64,000 bases of DNA, from positions 11-64,010 of the forward strand of contig JAOAHX010000014.1 of NCBI GenBank assembly GCA_026415035.1, given 5' to 3'. The notes under the pieces are model-generated. The model did no database searches, had not been told where the DNA came from, and saw only the letters and a program-made list of their open reading frames with translations. Below, in pieces: positions 56,117-64,000 of the stretch. Origin of the DNA: Thermodesulfobacteriota bacterium. Its GTDB lineage: Bacteria; Desulfobacterota; BSN033; UBA1163. Each line of letters opens with the position of its first letter. The stretch's first letter is position 1. The translations under genes and the position numbers were made by a program.

Positions 56117-57022
56117 ATGAAGAGCCGATTCCGTTTAATCCCGTGGGGCCTCGGTGTAGGCCTTCTCCTTTTGGCCCTCCTCTACTATCTCTTCACCCCG
56201 GGGGTCAGCCTCGGCCAGGAGGACCGGATCGCCAAGGTCGCGATCGAGACGGCCCGGGCACACATGAGGATTCCGAAGGAGATGGAGGTGAGGTTTCTCG
56301 AAAAGAAGAAGAGCCCTCTTCAAGGATTCTACTCCGTGAGGCTCCTCATCCTCGCTCCGGATCGGGAGATGCCTTTGGTCGTCTATGTGGACGAAGCAGG
56401 CGAGAAGGTCCTTTTAGGCGCGCTCATCGTCAAGGGCGAAAACGTCTCGCTAAAGGAGGCCGGGGAGGCCAGACCCCGCAAGCATGACATGAAGCAATTC
56501 GAAGCCGGAAAGCCCGCCGTCCGGGGAAACCCCAACGGGACCGTGACGATCGTCGAATTTTCAAATTTCAAATGCTCCTATTGCCAGCTCTCGTGGTCGA
56601 AGATCGAGGCCCTTTTGGGGAGGTACCCCCAAGCCCTCCGATATATCTTCAAACACTTCCCCCTTCGGTCTCTTCAGGGTTCCATGGAACTGGCCGAGAT
56701 CGCGGCCTCCGCCCAATTCGTCAGCGACGAGGCCTTCTGGCTCGTCCACGACTTCTTCTTCTCGCCAGAGGGTCAGATGGTCGTCAGGGAGGATGTGGTC
56801 ACGGTGAGGAAGAGGGTCGAAGAGATTCTCAAGGGGAAGGGATATGATCTCAAAGAGTTTCAATCGGCCCTCGAGACCGGAAAGGGAAAGAAGAAGGTGA
56901 TGGAAGACGTTGCCCTTGGAAACAAGATCCCTGTCATGGGGACGCCCACGATCATCGTGAACGGGGACGTGATCTCTGGAGAATTTAACGAAGGGGTTCT
57001 CGAACGTTACCTCAAACCATAG
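56117..57022 (+). CDS. DsbA-like thioredoxin-fold thiol:disulfide oxidoreductase with N-terminal membrane anchor
   Basis: TM anchor; FSNFKCSYCQ CxxC motif within thioredoxin fold; cis-Pro region GTPTIIVNG. Confidence 0.7.
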   Translation: MKSRFRLIPWGLGVGLLLLALLYYLFTPGVSLGQEDRIAKVAIETARAHMRIPKEMEVRFLEKKKSPLQGFYSVRLLILAPDREMPLVVYVDEAGEKVLLGALIVKGENVSLKEAGEARPRKHDMKQFEAGKPAVRGNPNGTVTIVEFSNFKCSYCQLSWSKIEALLGRYPQALRYIFKHFPLRSLQGSMELAEIAASAQFVSDEAFWLVHDFFFSPEGQMVVREDVVTVRKRVEEILKGKGYDLKEFQSALETGKGKKKVMEDVALGNKIPVMGTPTIIVNGDVISGEFNEGVLERYLKP

Positions 57023-57330
57023 GTTTGAAGCCACCCTTTTTTGGATTTGCTCATGATTCCAAAAAGTTAGGACTGCTTAAAAATTAGGCAAAACCGAGAG
57101 ATCGGTTCAAATCAAGAGGGAGGATGTGACAATCCACAACCATTCCACAGAGATTGTGGATAGGTTGAAGATCTCCTTAAAAATCAGAATCTTTTATTTC
57201 CACCTCTCTTTGGATCTTCAGGTTCTCCAGTTTAACTCATTGGATTATCTTTACTTAGCAGAATTGGGAAATCCCCTTTAACCATTCCACTACCCTGGGT
57301 TCATAGGAAGGCTCCCCCTTTTAACCCCTT

Positions 57331-59532
57331 TTGACTCCTCGAAAGGGTTCGTTTAAGATTAGACCCGTGACCACGATCACTGGCGTTCTCGAACGGATCA
57401 CCTACCAGAACGAGGAGACCGGTTTTGTGGTGGCCAGGCTCCAGGAGAGGGGAAAGAAAGACCTGACCACCATCGTGGGAAACCTCGCCTCTGTCAACAT
57501 CGGAGAGTCCCTCAAACTTACCGGAAGATGGGTGAATAACAAAAGATTCGGGCAACAGTTCCAGGTCGACCATTACGAGGTCACGGTGCCCGCCACGGTT
57601 TACGGCATCCGGAAATACCTCGGTTCGGGATTGATCAAAGGGATCGGTCCGGTCATGGCGGAGAGGATCGTCAGGCGATTCGGTCTCGATACCCTTAACA
57701 TTATCGAGAAGACACCCGAAAGGCTCTCCGAGGTGGAGGGCGTCGGTCCCAAGCGGATCGAAATGATCACGAAGGCCTGGGCCGAGCAGAAGGAGATCCG
57801 CGAGATTATGGTCTTCCTCCAGGGCCACGGGGTGAGCGCGGCCTTTGCCGCCAAGATCTACCGCCAGTATGGAAACGAATCGATCGCCATGGTGAGGGAG
57901 GATCCCTACCGGCTCGCCCGGGATATTTACGGGATCGGTTTTCTCACCGCGGACCGAATCGCCCGAAACCTGGGGGTGGACCCCAACTCCCTGATCCGGG
58001 CCAAGGCAGGGCTCATCTACGTCTTGAGTCAACTGATGGAGGAGGGCCATGTCTACTATCCCGATGGCCCTCTGACCCGGAAGGCCAGGGAGATCCTCGA
58101 GGTCGACGAGGAGATCGTGATTCAGGCCCTGAGGGACCTGACGAGAGAGAGGCAACTCGTCCTCGAAGACCTCGACCCGGAAGGGGAGGCAAAGGCGGTT
58201 TATCTACAGCCGTTTCATATTTCGGAAACCGGGATGGCAAAGAAATTGTTGGAGTTGAAAGAAGCCCCCTCAAACATCCGGCCCATCCATCCCGAGAAGG
58301 CGATCGAGTGGGTCCAGAAGAGGCTCGGGATCGAGCTTGCCGAAAAACAGAGAGAGGCGGTCCTCCTCTCTGCGACCTCCAAGGTCCTCGTCATCACCGG
58401 TGGGCCCGGGACCGGAAAGACGACGATCCTCACGGCCATCCTGAGGATCTTTGAGCAGTTGAGATTGAGGGTCCTCCTTGCGGCCCCCACGGGCAGGGCG
58501 GCCAAACGGATGACCGAGGCCACCGGATGGGAGGCAAAGACCATCCACCGGATGCTCGAATACTCTCCCCAGAAGGGGGGATTTAAAAGGGATGAAAACG
58601 ATCCCCTCGAGGCCGATGTCGTCATCGTGGACGAGGCTTCGATGGTCGATACCCTGCTCATGTACCACCTCCTCAAGGCCATTCCATCGAGGGCCCATTT
58701 AATCCTGGTGGGCGATGTGGATCAGCTTCCTTCGGTGGGACCTGGGAACGTTCTCAGGGACATCATCGAATCAGAGGCCTTTACGGTCGTCAGGCTTACG
58801 GAGATCTTCCGGCAGGCCCGGGAGAGCCTGATCGTGGTCAATGCCCACCGGATCCATCAGGGTCAGTTTCCCGTTTTGGGGAGAGAGGCTGCAGGTGGAG
58901 AGCCTTCGGACTTCCATTTCATCCAGGAGGAGGATCCGGAGAAGATTTTGAACCAGATCCTCGATCTCTGTTGCGAGAGACTTCCGAACCATTTCGGGTT
59001 CGATCCGCTCCGTGAGATCCAGGTCCTCACGCCGATGCACCGTGGGGTGATCGGCGTGGCAAATCTGAACCTCGAGCTTCAGAGGAAGCTCAACCCCGAT
59101 GCCTTCGGGATCGTCCACGGGGCGAGGAGCCTCAGGCTGGGAGATAAGGTGATGCAGATCGTCAACGATTACGACAAGGAGGTCTTTAACGGGGACATCG
59201 GCCGGATTTCGAAGATCGATCCCGAGCAGCGCGAGGTCGTGATCGACTTCGACGGAAGGCTGGTCACCTACGATTACACCGACCTCGACGAGGTGACGCT
59301 GGCCTACGCCATCTCCGTCCATAAGTCTCAGGGAAGCGAATATCCGGCCGTCATCCTGCCCGTGACGACCCAGCACTACCTCCTCCTGCAGAGAAACCTT
59401 CTCTACACGGCCATCACGAGGGCCAAGAGATTGGTCGTCTTGATCGGGACGAAGAAGGCTCTGGCCATCGCCATCAAGAACAACAAACCCCAGGGGAGGT
59501 TCACCCGCCTTTCAGAGAGGCTGAAGGCCTGA
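57331..59532 (+). CDS. recD2: RecD2-like SF1B ATP-dependent DNA helicase
   Basis: N-terminal OB-like + HhH region, Walker A ITGGPGTGKTT, motif VIVDEASMV, SH3-like and C-terminal 2B domain (SVHKSQGSEYPAV); start TTG 57331 or GTG 57367. Confidence 0.9.
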   Translation: MTPRKGSFKIRPVTTITGVLERITYQNEETGFVVARLQERGKKDLTTIVGNLASVNIGESLKLTGRWVNNKRFGQQFQVDHYEVTVPATVYGIRKYLGSGLIKGIGPVMAERIVRRFGLDTLNIIEKTPERLSEVEGVGPKRIEMITKAWAEQKEIREIMVFLQGHGVSAAFAAKIYRQYGNESIAMVREDPYRLARDIYGIGFLTADRIARNLGVDPNSLIRAKAGLIYVLSQLMEEGHVYYPDGPLTRKAREILEVDEEIVIQALRDLTRERQLVLEDLDPEGEAKAVYLQPFHISETGMAKKLLELKEAPSNIRPIHPEKAIEWVQKRLGIELAEKQREAVLLSATSKVLVITGGPGTGKTTILTAILRIFEQLRLRVLLAAPTGRAAKRMTEATGWEAKTIHRMLEYSPQKGGFKRDENDPLEADVVIVDEASMVDTLLMYHLLKAIPSRAHLILVGDVDQLPSVGPGNVLRDIIESEAFTVVRLTEIFRQARESLIVVNAHRIHQGQFPVLGREAAGGEPSDFHFIQEEDPEKILNQILDLCCERLPNHFGFDPLREIQVLTPMHRGVIGVANLNLELQRKLNPDAFGIVHGARSLRLGDKVMQIVNDYDKEVFNGDIGRISKIDPEQREVVIDFDGRLVTYDYTDLDEVTLAYAISVHKSQGSEYPAVILPVTTQHYLLLQRNLLYTAITRAKRLVVLIGTKKALAIAIKNNKPQGRFTRLSERLKA

Positions 59533-59534
59533 CG

Positions 59535-60404
59535 ATGGATAAAACGGCGGCCTTGAATCGCGCCCTCCTCAGCCTCGAAGGGCTCTCCTTAGGAGATGCC
59601 TTCGGAGAGCTCTTCTTCTCGATCTCTCCTGTCTCGGTGAAGGCCGAAGAACTTCCGCCGGGCCCGTGGCGCTGGACCGACGATACCCATATGGCCATCT
59701 CCATCGTGGAGATCCTGAAAACCCATGGACGGATCGATCAGGATGCGCTGGCAAGGGCCTTTGCGAGGCGCTACGGGGAGGAACCGTATCGGGGGTACGC
59801 CGGAGGGGCCTCCAGGTTGCTAAGGGCCCTTCTCGATGGGGCGGACTGGCGGGAGGTCTCACCAAGGCTTTTCGGTGGTGGTTCTTATGGAAACGGCGCG
59901 GCCATGCGGGCTTCGCCCATCGGCGGGTATTTCACCGAAGACCCCGAACGGGCCGCTTACGAAGCCCAACGTTCGGCCGTGGTGACCCATGCCCACATCG
60001 AAGGGCAGGTCGGGGCGATGGCCGTTGCCGTTGCCGCGGCCCTTGCAGGCGGGGCGGCTCCTCCGGCAGGAGGTGAATTTCTAAGGGAGGTTCTAAAATT
60101 CCTTCCGGAAAGCCTGACGCGTGATCGAATTCGGCTGGCCATGGAGATCCCTCCCGACCGACTAGAAGAGGCCGTTCTCAGGCTCGGAAACGGAAGTGAG
60201 GTGAGTGCCCAGGACACCGTTCCCTTCTGTCTCTGGAGCGCCGCTCATCATCTTTTCGACTTTGAAGAGGCCCTCTGGTGGACCGTGAGAGGGCTGGGCG
60301 ATCGGGATACGACCTGTGCCATCGTCGGAGGGATCGTGGCCCTATCGGCCCTGAATTTGCCTTCAGAATGGCTCGACCGCCGCGAACCCCTCCCTTCATT
60401 TTGA
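59535..60404 (+). CDS. ADP-ribosylglycohydrolase family protein (DraG/ARH-like)
   Basis: LGDAFGE..WTDDTHMA N-terminal motif, GNGAAMR, later Asp-rich metal site (GDRDTTCAIVGG); 3 nt after recD2 stop. Confidence 0.85.
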   Translation: MDKTAALNRALLSLEGLSLGDAFGELFFSISPVSVKAEELPPGPWRWTDDTHMAISIVEILKTHGRIDQDALARAFARRYGEEPYRGYAGGASRLLRALLDGADWREVSPRLFGGGSYGNGAAMRASPIGGYFTEDPERAAYEAQRSAVVTHAHIEGQVGAMAVAVAAALAGGAAPPAGGEFLREVLKFLPESLTRDRIRLAMEIPPDRLEEAVLRLGNGSEVSAQDTVPFCLWSAAHHLFDFEEALWWTVRGLGDRDTTCAIVGGIVALSALNLPSEWLDRREPLPSF

Positions 60405-61030
60405 AAAATAAATATGGGCCTTTCTTGAGCTTTGGGGCTCAAGGGGAAGGGGGGTAAACCTAATACGACCGTCAAGTGAAATTGCGACTGATCTTTCAGG
60501 AGAGCACCGAGGTATCTCAAAAAAAGTGTTAAAATCTTCAAGTTCATCCTGGACGATCTGGAATACCTCAACTTGCCCTATGGGAAAGCACCCCCTCTAA
60601 AAAATCGGCCGAGACGATCTTATGGTTTCCGAGGAGCCGGGGGATATCTTCCGTAGGTGGCGGGTCTGGCGCCAGGAATTCTCTAAATTGGATTTGGGGT
60701 CCGATACCCCTTACAGCCTTCCAAAATGGCGTTACCGATCTCCGGTTATTTTCAGATAGCCTAAAGCCCCCCTCTTTCGACCTCCCTCCCGAGGCCCTCA
60801 TATTCTGCTTATGGAATCCAAAGGGCAAACGGAAGGTCCTATTTCGCAGAAAAGGCAGTCCTTCATTGATCGGGAACAAAATTTCCACACCAGATTCTTT
60901 TCCTCCGCTCGGTCGGTGGATAAGAGGTGAAAAGGTTAAGGTAAGGTTTGCCATTTCGCGAATTAAGGCTGATTCTCGCCCATGGAGGTTTAGAAAACCG
61001 ATTCTGAAAAGGAGTACAACCTCCTGAATG

Positions 61031-61906
61031 TTATTGCTTTAAATATTTATTGAACCAGGCGATACAACGCCTCCAGGCATCCTTCGCAGCCTCGGGTCTG
61101 TAACTGGGACGATAATCGGCATAGAAGGCATGGGGAGCCCCAGGGTAGATGATGAATTCCGCGATCTTTCCGGCCGCCTTCAAGCTTGCCTCCATCTCCT
61201 TTACATCGGCGACCGGAATGCCGAGGTCAGCCTCACCGTATAGGCCCAGAACGGGAGCCTGAATTTTATGGACGATATCGAGAGGTCCGAAGGTTCTTAC
61301 CCCTGGCGTTTTAGCCGGTCGGAGCTGGCCATACCAGGCCACCCCCGCCCTCACCTCTTGATTATGGGCGAGGAAGAGGAAGGTGTATAGCCCTCCCCGG
61401 CAGAATCCCGTGACCCCGATTCGATCTCCCTTTGCAAAGGGGTGCTTTTTTGCATAGAAGAAGAGGCGATCGAGATCAGCCATTATCCTTTCGTCTGGGA
61501 TGGCATCGACGATTTTTCGAACGGCCGCGATATCTTGGAGATGTAAAACGCCTCCTTCGCGCGCATAGGGTTCAAAGGTGATTCCCAAGAAACCCTCTTT
61601 GGCAAATCGGCGCGTCACGTCTTTGATATGTTCATGCATTCCAAAAATTTCGGGGATCACCAGCACCACCGGATAGTTTCCAGCAGCGGAGGGCCTTGCC
61701 TCATAGATAGGGATCTGGAAATCCCCTGCCTGAACAGTGGTCTCCTGAACCGCGAGCCCCTCTGTGGAGGTGGTGATGATCTCTCCGGCCACTGGATTTG
61801 CGGCGATTGCAAATCCGGCAAGGCCGATTCCCGTTGCCGTCATCCGGGCAAGGAACTGTCTTCGTGACATTCCTTCGTAAGCATTTGCTAACCAGTCTTC
61901 CACCAT
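61031..61906 (-). CDS. Dienelactone hydrolase family protein with twin-arginine signal peptide
   Basis: Tat motif SRRQFLARMTATGIGLAGFAIAA; alpha/beta-hydrolase nucleophile elbow GFCRGG, DLH-family layout; start likely ATG 61870. Confidence 0.85.
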   Translation of the reverse strand: MVEDWLANAYEGMSRRQFLARMTATGIGLAGFAIAANPVAGEIITTSTEGLAVQETTVQAGDFQIPIYEARPSAAGNYPVVLVIPEIFGMHEHIKDVTRRFAKEGFLGITFEPYAREGGVLHLQDIAAVRKIVDAIPDERIMADLDRLFFYAKKHPFAKGDRIGVTGFCRGGLYTFLFLAHNQEVRAGVAWYGQLRPAKTPGVRTFGPLDIVHKIQAPVLGLYGEADLGIPVADVKEMEASLKAAGKIAEFIIYPGAPHAFYADYRPSYRPEAAKDAWRRCIAWFNKYLKQ

Positions 61907-62294
61907 AAAACCCTCCTTTGGGTTCTTGAGGCTCTTCCCCTCCTTTTTATAAAATCAGAGGGACTAAAGTCAACGGAAAACTCCTTCGGATTAAAAAATC
62001 TCTCGGTTAAAAATTGGGTTTTTTAAATTAGGTGTTCTCATCGAGCCCGTGCTTTTTTGGATTTTTGGGCCTAAAAGGGTAGCCTTTTCTTCCTGCCGGA
62101 AGAATTGGATGGTGGCCTCACAATGTTGACAGGGCTTTCCGCTTCGACCACGGCCAATCCTATGGGAACCGGACAGCAGCCAATTTCCGTTGATGATTTC
62201 CCAGAAGAAGGATAAAATTTTTTGGACCCTGGGGCAATGGAGAGAACTTTTTCTTCTTCAGAGAAGGCCCAATGCCGAAAAGACAGGAGGACGA

Positions 62295-62696
62295 ATGGTC
62301 GAGCTTCGCGTAGGACTTCGGGGAAGAGAAGAGATGGTGGTAGGGCCCTCCGACCTGGCAAGCGTTATGGGAAATATAGGGGCCGAGGTCCTTTCGACCC
62401 ACCGGGTCGTCCTCTTGATGGAGTTGGCGGCCCGCAATGCCATCAAGGAGGCCCTTCCAGAGGGGAAGATGACCGTCGGCACCTTCATCCGCATCCGCCA
62501 TTTCGCGGCAACGCCCTTGGGGGCCAAGGTTTACGCAGAGGCCGTCCTGAAGGAGATCGAGGGCCGCAGACTGGTCTTCGATGTGGCGGCCTTCGATGAA
62601 TGGGAGAGGATCGCCGAAGGGGAGAACGAACAGTTGATCGTGACGATCCAAAACTTCCTTGAAAGGGTAGGGAGAAAGAGGGGGCAGAAGATGTAG
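62295..62696 (+). CDS. Hotdog-fold thioesterase-like protein
   Basis: ~133 aa from ATG 62295 after AGGAGG; pattern resembles FlK/4HBT-like hotdog thioesterases; upstream in-frame extension lacks RBS. Confidence 0.5.
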   Translation: MVELRVGLRGREEMVVGPSDLASVMGNIGAEVLSTHRVVLLMELAARNAIKEALPEGKMTVGTFIRIRHFAATPLGAKVYAEAVLKEIEGRRLVFDVAAFDEWERIAEGENEQLIVTIQNFLERVGRKRGQKM

Positions 62697-62776
62697 GACA
62701 TCTCCTGGGGGAGGTCCTGTGTTAATAGGATTTCTGCCAAAAAAACGGATCTGACATAGGCATCGAAAAAGAAGCG

Positions 62777-64000
62777 ATGGGACGACAAGGCGGCCGATAC
62801 TTGGTCCTGGGGGATTACCCGGTTTTGGAGGAGACCTTTTTAAAGAAGGTGAGGTCGATCCGGGAGGCCGAACCCTTCCAGCCCCTTCTGATCTTCGTCT
62901 CGTCGAAACTCCTCGGCCTCCACCTCCGCCGTCTCCTCGTCGAGCGAGGCCAGCCCCATTTCAACCTCCGGTTCCTCACGCTTGAGGAGTTCGCAAGGGA
63001 GGTGAGCGGCCCCGTATTGACGAGGCAGGGGAAGAGGGAGCTTCCACCCTTTGGCGACGAGCTGTTGATCGGGACGATCGTTAAACGGCTGGCCTCCGAG
63101 GATGAATCCTTCTACTTTCGTGACATTGCCGATCGGCACGGATTTCACCGCGCCCTTCTGGCGGCGTTCAAGGACCTGAAGGATGCCTGCCTGCGGCCCG
63201 AGGAGATGGAGAGGTTTCTTTCCGAAACCCCTCAAACCCGGCAGGTCCATTTCCCCAAGCTGAGAGATCTGACCAGGCTCTATAAGGCCTACTGGGAGAG
63301 GCTTGAAGAAATCGGGGCTTATGACGCATCGGATTTGACGGTCTCCTCTCCTTTGTGGGCAAGGAACTCATTTCTCCTCAAAGAGACACCCGCTCTCCTC
63401 GCCTATGGGTTTTACGATTTCAACGAGGCCCAGAGACGGTTGCTCCAGGCCTGCTTCGAAGCAAAGGAGACCACATTCTTCTTTCCCTTCGAACCGACCT
63501 CTGCCTTCGCCTTTGCAGGTCAGGCCTTGAAATGGCTGAGGGAGAGGGGATTCGAGGAGATTGAGACAGCCACGCCACCGCCCCCTGTTCGACCGGCCGT
63601 CCTTGAGCATCTCTGTCTTTCCCTCTTCGGTGAAAGAAGACCCCTTGAGGAGGAGACGGGGGCGGTCGAGATAATCTCGGCCCCGGGCGAGGTCAGGGAG
63701 GTCCGGGAGATCGTAAGGCGCATCCTTCGGGCCTGGAAGGAGGAGAAGATCCCATCCCATGAGATTGGCATCCTGCTCCGGACGCCCGAGGTTTATTCAC
63801 CCCTTCTCAGGGAGGCCTTCGAATCGGTCGGCATCGAACCCTATCTCCGGGAAGGCATTCCCCTTTCGGAAACGAGGGCAGGCAGGAGCCTGCTCCTCTT
63901 TTTGAAGGTCGTTGCGGAGGATTTCTCAAGGCAATCGGTGATGGAGTTCGCGACCTTTGCGCCGCTGCGCATGGCCCAAACCGCCGATGGCGATCCCCTC
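62777..64000 (+). CDS. UvrD/AddB-like helicase-nuclease family protein, N-terminal part (3' end beyond window)
   Basis: Open reading frame from ATG 62777 to the window end (not in ORF track because unterminated); UvrD/AddB-like segments (LLIFVSS, AYDASDL, LAYGFYDFNEAQRRLL); no canonical Walker A seen. Confidence 0.45.
   Translation, partial: MGRQGGRYLVLGDYPVLEETFLKKVRSIREAEPFQPLLIFVSSKLLGLHLRRLLVERGQPHFNLRFLTLEEFAREVSGPVLTRQGKRELPPFGDELLIGTIVKRLASEDESFYFRDIADRHGFHRALLAAFKDLKDACLRPEEMERFLSETPQTRQVHFPKLRDLTRLYKAYWERLEEIGAYDASDLTVSSPLWARNSFLLKETPALLAYGFYDFNEAQRRLLQACFEAKETTFFFPFEPTSAFAFAGQALKWLRERGFEEIETATPPPPVRPAVLEHLCLSLFGERRPLEEETGAVEIISAPGEVREVREIVRRILRAWKEEKIPSHEIGILLRTPEVYSPLLREAFESVGIEPYLREGIPLSETRAGRSLLLFLKVVAEDFSRQSVMEFATFAPLRMAQTADGDPL

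Noticed and set aside
60568-60954. 128-aa minus-strand ORF in the ARH/DLH intergenic gap
   Set aside because: No RBS, R/G/P-rich composition typical of noncoding GC-rich DNA; I treat the region as noncoding (see finding).
1-64000. CRISPR arrays, integrases, transposases, rRNA genes
   Set aside because: I saw no regularly spaced direct repeats, recombinase-like ORFs or rRNA-like segments anywhere in the window.

Overview
This is a 64 kb, high-GC, gene-dense bacterial chromosomal segment, with roughly 70 genes, four-nucleotide ATGA start/stop overlaps and a Gram-negative envelope gene set. I read it from the sequence and the supplied six-frame ORF track; no searches or computations were run.

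Main blocks, in order:
- A translation and envelope housekeeping operon: ileS-lspA-lgt-def-fmt-(DUF116-like)-htpX-rsmB-rpe, with mltG and ruvX on the opposite strand.
- An acyl-CoA catabolic cluster at 11.2-17.5 kb. Its architecture recalls Rhodopseudomonas-type AliB/BadK/BadH/BadI alicyclic-acid beta-oxidation. It also carries an orphan biotin carrier, a GNAT acetyltransferase, a zinc-type alcohol dehydrogenase, a tandem AbrB-like small protein, and a MenB/BadI-family hydrolase fused to a C-terminal zinc ribbon.
- A LarA-family racemase homologue with no larBCE genes nearby, then ilvD, a tRNA-Leu(UAA), an uncharacterised protein downstream of acs, marC, a Clp-fold serine protease and hsp20.
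- A compact mannose-centred carbohydrate cluster at 27.8-34.0 kb, which I rate the most interesting region. It consists of a mini zinc-ribbon ORF absent from the ORF track, a GT4 fused to an alpha-helical six-hairpin-like domain, a GH130 mannoside phosphorylase, a GT4 fused to a mannose-6-phosphate-isomerase-type cupin, and a GH-A-clan mannanase-like hydrolase.
- A long minus-strand operon: mlaEFDCA (no mlaB), a PilZ protein whose stop overlaps the lepB start, a membrane protein, a stand-alone GMP-synthase ATP-pyrophosphatase half (archaeal subunit-B-like) and a 70-aa partner.
- The ybeY/7TM-HD/phoH/Sir2 operon on the minus strand.
- A bacterial-type tungsten aldehyde oxidoreductase AorABC-like trio with an intrinsic terminator between aorB and aorC, then CBS, nitroreductase, archaeal-type ApgM and a radical SAM enzyme with a winged-helix tail.
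- A DUF35 plus SCP-x thiolase pair, a DsbA-like protein, recD2 followed immediately by an ADP-ribosylglycohydrolase, a 626-bp noncoding gap, a Tat-exported dienelactone hydrolase, a hotdog thioesterase and a partial AddB/UvrD-like gene running off the window.

I found no CRISPR array, integrase, rRNA or obvious mobile element. Several consensus sigma70-like promoters (TTGACA-17-TATAAT-like) and three rho-independent terminators are visible. Many long minus- or alternate-frame ORFs in the track are GC-driven antisense artefacts.
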